Positions 40,066 to 48,400 of a stretch of DNA of 64,000 bases are shown in pieces. The position numbers were made by a program, and so were the translations under genes. The stretch spans positions 2,441 through 66,440 of the IMG/VR virus record IMGVR_UViG_3300027789_000015; one strand, given 5' to 3'. The notes beneath the pieces are model-generated. The model searched no databases and had not been told where the DNA came from. It saw nothing but the letters and a program-made list of their open reading frames with translations. Numbering within the stretch: position 1 is the first letter of the stretch; each line of letters begins with the position of its first letter. The stretch is from a virus.

Positions 40066-40296
40066 ATGACCATGCGAGTAGGCGAGAACTTCGCGGTGAA
40101 CTACATGAGCCGCAACAACGATTCATTGTGGCTGTGGCTGGACGTGAAGCTCGGCCGCTTCTGGTACGTGTTCATGTGGCACAAGGGCCAGCGGCCCTAC
40201 CTGTACCGCAGCACCGATGCCACGCCACCCGACCGCGAGTTCGCGCGCAACGAGGGGCGCTGGTTCTTCGGCCGCCATGTGGGCCGGATGGATTGA
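40066..40296 (+). CDS. Cassette-borne hypothetical protein
   Basis: GGAGAGG RBS; fills the space between attC2 and attC3. Confidence 0.7.
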   Translation: MTMRVGENFAVNYMSRNNDSLWLWLDVKLGRFWYVFMWHKGQRPYLYRSTDATPPDREFARNEGRWFFGRHVGRMD

Positions 40297-40299
40297 CGG

Positions 40300-40390
40300 G
40301 CCTAACGCGGAGTTAACCGGCTTGCGCCGAAAGGACGAACGATGAACAACACTGCTGCCGGCGCAAGTCCGGTTGAACGCACAGTTAGGC
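40300..40390 (-). mobile_element. Integron attC site 3
   Basis: Minus strand: GCCTAAC-tgtgc-GTTCAACC-GGA...CC-GGTTAAC-tccgc-GTTAGGC. Confidence 0.9.
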
Positions 40391-40829
40391 TGGACCCGGA
40401 GCGCTTGGCGTTTGAGGACTGGGCCGATGAGCGATGGGGCCGCGAGTCTTACAGGCACAAGAGCGACACCAGCGGCGAGTGGGAGGCGTGGAAGGCCGCC
40501 ACGGCACGCGAACGCCACCGATGCGCGCTGATCTGCGACACGACGCCGCCTTACCCGTTCCGGGCGTCCATTGAGGCTGCGCACGCCATTCGGAAAGGCC
40601 AGCCGTGAAGCATGAACCTGTGCTTGGGCTGGCCCCGATGCTGGAAGCACTTGGCATTGAGCAGACCGTGAGCTTCGATGACTGCTACGCGCTGTTGGGC
40701 GAGTTGTTCGATGTGACGCGACGCAGCCCGAAGGTGGGCGAGTTGAGCGGCAACGAGTGGTGCGCGCTGGTCAATCTCGCGATGGCCCGCCACAAGAAGC
40801 CTAACGTTGCAATTGAGCCGGGCGCGTGA
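40342..40829 (+). CDS. Two cassette-borne ORFs (40342-40608 starts inside attC3; 40605-40829 ends inside attC4)
   Basis: AAAGGA RBS and ATG in the attC3 loop; GTGA overlap between the two ORFs. Confidence 0.65.
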
Positions 40830-40885
40830 TGCGTGGCCGAAGTGCGCGCCTGCCGTAGCGCCTCGGCTCGAATTGCGTGTTGGGC
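40799..40885 (-). mobile_element. Integron attC site 4 (inferred resident acceptor site)
   Basis: Minus strand: GCCCAAC-acgca-ATTCGAGC-CGA...CG-GCTCAAT-tgcaac-GTTAGGC. Confidence 0.88.
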
Positions 40886-40919
40886 GGCCGGTGGACGAAG
40901 CAAAGAAAGGTGGAGTGCG

Positions 40920-41441
40920 ATGAGCAGGAGCGGATACATAGACGACAACGACGACCCGCTGGCGCATGGGCGTTGGCGGCAGGCCGTGAAGCGCGCACTT
41001 GAAGGCAAGCGCGGGCAGGCACTGCTGCGCGAGCTGGTGGAAGCACTGGACGCGATGGAAGACAAGCGCCTGTACCCGGGCAGCTTCGCTACACCCGAAG
41101 GCGAGTTCTGCACGCTCGGCGTGCTCGGCGCGAAGCGCGGCGTGAAGATGGACGACCTGGGCGACGAGGAAGACTGCGACCCCGCGCAGGTAGGCCAGCG
41201 ATTCGGCATTGCCCCTGCGATGGCGGCCGAAATCATGTACCTGAACGACGAGTACGTGGTGGACGTGTGGAAGTGGGTGGACGTGGTGATCTGCGGACCC
41301 ATGCCGCCTTACCACTTTGCACCCTACGGGCACAAGAAGCACGAGCGCTCAGTGCGCGTGCCGAACGAGAGCCACCCGCGTGAGCGCTGGGAGCGCATGC
41401 GTGCATGGGCAACCAGCCAGATGAGCAGATCATCGCCGTGA
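40920..41441 (+). CDS. Phage hypothetical protein
   Basis: MSRSGY..GRWR..V..A..GKRGQ.LLREL..LDAM; GGAG RBS. Confidence 0.75.
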   Translation: MSRSGYIDDNDDPLAHGRWRQAVKRALEGKRGQALLRELVEALDAMEDKRLYPGSFATPEGEFCTLGVLGAKRGVKMDDLGDEEDCDPAQVGQRFGIAPAMAAEIMYLNDEYVVDVWKWVDVVICGPMPPYHFAPYGHKKHERSVRVPNESHPRERWERMRAWATSQMSRSSP

Positions 41442-42173
41442 TCGGTCGGCACTGCCCTATCAAGGCAGCGAAAGCGTACCTTACCCATTACGCGAAGAAC
41501 GAGCGCAACGGATGGGACTCTGCCAGCTTCGACCGCCCGGTCCCCAAGAGCATCGCCAAGGAGATCCCATGAACGACATCGAACTATCGCCCAGCTTGAA
41601 GCGCCGAGTTTCGGAGGACTTCGACTTCTTGGTGCTCTGCCAACCGAAGGGCAACATGGGCATGTACCGCCTTCTAGGCGACAGCACACTGAAGGCGGAT
41701 CTCGCTGCCTTCAGGGAGAAGGCAGCAGCGGCCGCGGCTGTAGCTGCGAAAACGCAAGACGAAGACGGCCTGATGTTGCTGAAGGCCGCTGTGGTTCGTG
41801 CTGAAGCCCGCAGAGAAGGCGCGGTCGATCTGGACGTGGTCGTGCGCGCGATTGCCGACATCGAGAAGCGCCGTGGCTGACAAGCTCGACATGCGCCGCA
41901 CGCGTCGTGCGCTCAAGATCTTCGACGCCGGGGAAGCTAAACGGGGAGCTGCCTGGGACCGCGTTGGTTCAGAAAAGGGCATACGGATCGCTGAGGTCGC
42001 TGACCGACTCGCCCTGGCCAAGGTGCAGCTTGCGTTCGCTGTCGACACTTACGACCGTAACAGCGTCGACAACTGCATGCGCCTGGGCATCGACTACCTG
42101 CGCAAGATGGCGAAGATCGGCGAGTGAACTAAGACGGCACTGGCCGTCTTTCAAGCCTAACGTCTTTACGTTG

Positions 42174-42215
42174 TAGGCAGCGGTGCCCAGAGGTCTACCG
42201 CCTATTTTTATTTAG
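42174..42215 (+). terminator. Putative terminator of the rightward block
   Basis: Imperfect taggc/gcggt...accgccta stem followed by a T-rich tract. Confidence 0.5.
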
Positions 42216-42242
42216 CTATGAGCTACGTGTCATGCACGCATT

Positions 42243-42302
42243 CACACGCTCGCTCACACGCTCGCTCACACGCTCGCTTGCACGCTCGCTTGCACGCTCG
42301 CA
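42243..42302. repeat. Five tandem 12-bp repeats (iteron-like)
   Basis: cacacgctcgct x3, tgcacgctcgct, tgcacgctcgca. Confidence 0.9.
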
Positions 42303-42316
42303 CGATCACCCACAGG

Positions 42317-42497
42317 CCTTCCATTCTTCCGCTTCCACTCCCGACAAACCTCACCATATAGAACTACTCTTCCTATTACATATTCTTTTTTCTTCTCTAA
42401 ATAGATAGATTGGAAGAATGTAAGAATGGAAGTTATATAGGTAAAAGAGCCTTCCAGTCGCACTCCAATACAGGCTCTTCTTCCAGTCGCGTCACTC
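42317..42497. other. AT-rich origin-like element copy B
   Basis: 25-bp identity (42401-42425 = 14015-14039) plus extended similarity to copy A. Confidence 0.6.
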
Positions 42498-45400
42498 GGG
42501 GTGATGGGCCTCCACGGGCTCACCCTTCAGCGCCTCGGCGTACAGGGCGTTCGCCGGCATGCTCCGCAGCAGGAACGAGCTGAACGCGCGCCGCCCTCCG
42601 GCCACCTCTACGGCGTCGCCTAGCTGCTCCAGCGTCGGGCCCGCAAGCTCTCCGAGGCCGCTCTCGCCGCGCCGCACACCCTTGCCCACGTCCACCGCGA
42701 ACTGGCCCACGCCCAGCAGACCGGCGCGCTCCACGCCGCTCCACACGTAGTCCGCAGCAGTCCAGTCGCGCTTCCACGCGGGTTCGGAGCCGCCACCCTG
42801 CAGCAGCCCCTTGGCGCTGTCCGCTGCGATCATCACAGGCACATACGAGGCCAGGGCGTAGGCGGGCGAGTAGTTGCCGCTCTTCAGTTCATGCACCGCG
42901 CGCTTCAGGATCGTTTCTTGGAACGAGAACACGAACTGCTTCAGGTGGGCGATGAACGCGAAGCGCGGGTCGCTCATCCAGATGGGCTTGTCCGCCGCGT
43001 CGGGCCGCAGCACCGCGCCATCGACCCAGCGGTTGATCGCGGCGCGCACCTTCGCCTCCTGCGCAGCCGTCAGCCCATCGAGCTGAGACAGCAGCGGTCG
43101 GCCCTGAGCATTCAGGCGCAGCTCGTCGGGCTGGAAGCCCAGCTCGGCCATCCACCGCGCGCTGTGGGCGCTGTGCTTGCCCGAGGCATGCCGGCCCAGG
43201 AAGTTGATCGCTGCCTCCGTCGCCCCCACGCGCATGGAGCGGTTGTACTGCTCCATGAGGTTGAAGCGGAAGAACAGGTCGTTCATCTTCCGTGCGCGCT
43301 CACCGACCATGCCCTGCGTGTACGACGCGCCCAGCGTGCGCATCAGGCTGGCGTCGTCGATCACACCCAGGATCGAGGCGAGGTCCGTGGCGTCGTCGTT
43401 CGTCGGGTTCTTCTGGAAGCTCTTCACCACCTCCTTCATGCCCCGCTTGAACGCACGGAACGCTTCGGGCATCGTGCCGCCGCGCACCATGATGCCCAGC
43501 GGGTCCACCACAGAGCTGAAGATCGCCAGCGGCAGCAGGCGCAGGTTCTGGTACACGATCACGTTGCCCTGCAGCCGGCGCATCGTCGGGTCGATGTCGT
43601 CGCCTAGCGTACCGTCCATGGAGCGGATGTACTTGCGCGCCGAGTCGAGGTCGTCGGGCGTGGCACCCTCGCGCCCTGCGCGGTCCAGCAGGTCGTTGAG
43701 CTTCTCGCTGTCGTCGTCGAAGCGCCGCGCCCACTCCGCACGCCGCGTGGCCTGCATCAGGTAGCTGTTCATCGTCTCGTACAGGTTCTTGTTCAAGAAC
43801 CGCGCGGCGTCGTCAGCAGTGATGAACGCCAGTTCCCGCGGCTTCACGTGCTGCATGCCGGGCCGGTCGACCACGCGCAGACCCGTGCCCTCGGAGGTCA
43901 TCAGGTTCTGCATGATCGTCCTCGGGTCGCCCTTCAGGTCGCCCGACTGCACGTACCGCTCCAGCATGTTCAGGAACTCGCGCTGGTGGCTGCTGATGTA
44001 ATGCACGTCCCAGACACGGGGGAAGTAGTCCGTCCCCACGCCCAGGTCGCCCACGTCCACGCCGGCCCGCGTCATGTAGGCGTGCGCGTCGTCCAGGGTT
44101 TGCCGCAGCGTCGCCCGTGCGGTCATCGCAGCCGCGCGCTCGTTGCGGTCGGTCAGTGCGTTGATCGGGGCCATGTCGTTGCCCCGTTGCATCGACTCCA
44201 TCGCGGCCCGCAGCGCGGCGTTACTCGCACCGTGCAGCAGCTCGCCCAGGTTCGACAGGCGCAGGCTGTGCTCCAGGCGCGCGGCAGGGATGAAGCCGAA
44301 GTCGTTGCCCTCAGCCGTGCCCTGCAGCTTCATCATGTCGGCCAGCTCGTTGAGCGCCGGGATGCCGGTGTCACGCAGCCGCTGGTGGCCTGCCACTGCG
44401 AGCTTCTCGCCCAGCTCACCGATCCCGCCGGCAAGCTTCTTGAACTGCTCGATGGCGGCGTTGCGGCCGGGCTCCAGCAGCGCACGGGCCACGGCGTCGG
44501 GGTCGTTCATGTTTCGGGCGAACTCGCCGCTGTGGAAATACTTCAGCACGTGCAGCGCACGCTCGTCGTTGCTCCAGACGCCCAGCGCCTTGCGGATGAA
44601 CTCGGCGATCTTGCCGAAGATGGTCGTCGGCTCCGGGGCCACGTCCAGCTTGCCTGCCGCCCAGAACTGGTACATGTAGGCCGCGCGCTCCTCGGCGTTG
44701 GCGAGCTGCTTGATCGCCTCGGGCTGGCCGTCCAGCAGCTTGCGCAGCCGCATCACAGTGACGGGCGAGCTGGCCGCACGTTCGACGATGCCGGCGATCT
44801 TGCCGTTGCGCCCGTCCATCAGCTTGGTGAAGAACGCGTGCAGCGACTCGTGGTAGGCCACGGTCGTCGGGTTCAGTGCGTGGACGCTGATACGGATGAT
44901 GTCGTCAACACCGTGGTTCGTGAACAGGCGCTGGAACTCACCCGCGTGCGGGATGTTCGCCCGCAGGTCCACCACCACGCTGTTGCCCAGCACCTTGCGC
45001 ACGTAGTCGAACACCGACTGCAGGTCACGCGGGCCTTGGGCGTTCGGGTCGACGGGCTGGGCGCTGAGTGCCTTCAACTCTGCGCCGCTCAGCATAGCCT
45101 GCGCCATGGCTCGCTCGATGGGCTCATACCCGTCGTTGTCGGCCACCTCTTCGTAGAACTGCGCCTCGGTCTCGTCCTGCCGCTCAGGCGACATCATCCC
45201 TTCGCGCTCCGACCCGAAGTAGTCGTCGAGCCATTCCTTGAACGCGTCCTTGAGCACGCTCGGCATCTTGCGTCGGTCAGGGTCGCGTGCCAGCACGTCG
45301 TTCCGCAGCGTGTCGAAGTCCTCCTGCGAGAGCTGCTCGACGATCTCGTTGAACCTCTGCTGAAGGCGCTCGCCGATACGGTCAGGGAAGCTCAGCACGC

Positions 45401-48400
45401 GCCCGTTGTCGTTCGCTGCCTCGCCTCGCTCCAGGCTGTACTTCTTGATCCCCAGGCCGTAGGCCGTGTCCTCGTTCTTCACCAGCTCACCCAGGCGCTC
45501 GTTGATGGCGTTGAGGGTCTTGGTGACGCCGGGCAGGGGCGTGTCGTGGGCGACGTAGGGTTTGCTCAGCGCCCGCTCTTCGACGTACTCGAAGAGCTTC
45601 TGCGCCGGGAGCGCCCGTCGTTGCTCCGGGGATAGCTCGCGGATCGCCCGGTCCAGTGTGTACAGCGCCCGGCGCTCGCTCTCCGTGCCCCGCAGAGCGC
45701 CCAGTCGGGCGATCAGTTCTTGCGCCACGCTGGCGGGAAGCAGCATCTTCTGGACGATGTCCTTCCCCTCCTCGCGGCCCATGACGCTGCGGTCTGACAA
45801 AACGTACGCGCCCGTCTCGGTGAGCCTCCCTCGTCCGACGGTCTTCATCGCGACGCCACTGAGGTCCAAGAACTGTGCGAGCGCCGACCGCTCCTGCGGG
45901 TCCATGCCCAGTGCCTTGCGCATCAGGTCGACGAACGCCTCCCAGGCGTTTGCGGCACGGGTGCCCAGGAACTCCTCAACCTTCCGGCTCCCCGGAATCC
46001 TGCGCATCTTCTCGCGGAATGCCGGGTTCGACAGGCCCTCCGCGATGAACTCCATCGTGTTGGTGCCGCCGTAGGCGAGGCCAATATCCGGCATGTGCTT
46101 CACGACGTGGCCGAGGAGGTGGTCGAACGCGAGGTGCAGCCCTGCGTCCTTCTCCATCGCAGCTACGGTCGCGGCGTGAGCCGCTTCGTGCAGGAACACG
46201 TGGACGCCGTTACTCGTCGGGAACATCGTGATGAAGCCGGGGCGCGTCTTGGTGCCGAACGCGTAGTGCCCCGTCGCGCCGTTCGCGACCCCGTGGGCCT
46301 TCTGTTCGACCGTGGTGCTCGGTGTTACGGTGCCCACTGCCCTGGCCACCGCGATGGTCGCTTCGTCTTTGAGCAGCGGTGCGATCAGCTTGGCGAGTTC
46401 CCCCACCGTGCTGTGCGGGTTGGCCTTCAGGCGAGCCGTCATGGCCTTCTGCGCGTCCACCTCGTCGGTCAGGGCGAGGTACTGGTCGCGCGTGTGGTCG
46501 AGCATCTTCAGGAGGCGCATGGCGGTCTCGGACTCCTCCTGGCTTCCGGACAGGTGCGCCGCGATGAGATCGGCCGTCTCCGCGTCGGCGTTCTGGCCTT
46601 CTTGGAGCTTGAACGAGGCGATGCGGGCGGTGGATACCAGTTCTGGGTACTTCAGCGCGAGGCTCTCCGTAAGCGCTGCGTCAAAGTGCCGGTTCTCAAG
46701 GAAGTCAACAGCGCGCTGCAGCCCCTTGGCGTCGGTCGACTCCTTCAGGGACTTGATCAGGGCGGCATCACCAGAGCGGGCTTTCGTCAGGAATGCCGCC
46801 TTCTTGGCGGCTACGACTTTTGGGCTTGGGGTGCCCTCCTCGTCGTAAGCACTCAGCGGCGGGCCGTCGTCGGGCTCCGCTGCGCGGCTGGCGGGGGCGT
46901 CCTTCGGCCGGCGGCGCGGGCCTAGCAGGCTCGGTGCACCGCCGCCCTCGCGCTTCTCACCACCGTCCGTGTTGATCGGGCCACGCCCAGTCGCGTCGAG
47001 GTCGCGGCCGTTCTGGAACGTCGGGCCGAAGGGGTCGAACTCGCGTTGGCCGGTGCCCAGGTCTTCGAGCTTCGTTTGCCCTTTCAGGGCGGCTGCGGTC
47101 AGTCGCTCCATCCGGTCCACGAGGGCTGAAAGCTGCGGGGCGAGGTCCGCAACGTCGCCTTGGCCGTCAGCCGCCATAGCCTTTGTCAGCCGCTGGATCT
47201 CCAGGCCGGTTTTGGCAATCCGCTCCGCGAGCTTCTTCCTGCTCGGGCCTTGCAGGCCGCGCTCCACCCCGCCCTCGAACCCGGTCGGGTCGGCGCGCTC
47301 GTTTCCGGCGGACGAGGGGTCTTCTCCTAGGTTCTCTCGGTTGCCGATCTCCTTCAGCTTCTTGATGCGCTCGGCGTATTTCTTCCGTGCCTCGGCGTAC
47401 GCATCGCGCACGTTGTCGGAGGTCAGTCGCACGCCCATGTCCTTCAGTTCGGAGACATTGGCTTCCCCCTCCTTCTCGGCGGCGTCCTTCAGCACTTTGA
47501 TGCGGTCGTCGGCTTTGTCGGCCCTTGTCCGTACGTCCATCTTCCGCGCCTCGCCCCAGGTCAGCGGCGTCTTGCCGATGTGGGCGATGACTGTTGCGTC
47601 AGGGATGTCGAACGCCTTGCCCTGGTACTCCTGCACGGCGGCGACGCCCTCCATGAACATGTGCGCGGCGCGGTAGCGCTGGCCCAGCTCGTCAATCGGG
47701 CTGTAGCGGTCCTTCTCCTTGAAGCGCTCGGCCATCGCGCGAGTGATCTTCACCGCGTCCAGCTTCAAGTCGTCAACCTCCAGGCGCGAGGGTGAGCGGC
47801 CGTGGGCCTTCGTGTCCAGGCGCACGGCGTCCAGCTCGTCGGCCGTCATGCTGAGGTGGCTGTTGGACGCCTCGGACACGGCTGCGCCGTACTTGCCGAT
47901 CTCTTCGTCGGCGTAGCGCTGGGCCTCGTCGAGCCCCAGGTCAGCGGCGAGGCCACGCTTCACCAGCTCGGTGTGCATGTCCTTCACGAGGGGGTGGTCC
48001 ATGCCCAGCTCTTCAGCGCTCGCGTAGCGGACCTTGCGGTCGGGGTTCGCGGCCTGCGCCTTGTCGATGGACTGCGTGATCGCCGGCTGGAAGCCAGCCT
48101 TGCCGGGGTCGTCGTCAGCGTTCAGGTGCAGCTTCTTCTGGTAGACCGCCAGCTTCGTGCCGCCGACCACCTCGGTCAGCGCGTCGCCGCCGTGCTCGCC
48201 GAGCGGGTTGCCCTCCTCGTCGTACTTGACCCGGGCCTTCTCGGCGCGGCTCTCGGTCTGCTTCACCATCGACTGCACGGCCGCCAGCACGGTGTCGGCC
48301 TTCTTGCCGAACATCTTGGTCAGCTCGTCCTTCACGCGGGTGTCGCGGAAGCGTTGACGGGCAGCGGAGCCGGTGTCCTTCTGCGGGCCGGTCGTGCTGG

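Noticed and set aside
39603..40885. Spaced repeats as a CRISPR array or simple terminators
   Set aside because: Units are divergent 87-91 bp palindromes separated by ORF-bearing 250-410 bp segments, with no U-tracts; attC anatomy explains them
42155..42178. gcctaac...gttgtaggc as a fifth attC
   Set aside because: Only about 24 bp, no L boxes, and it overlaps the putative terminator
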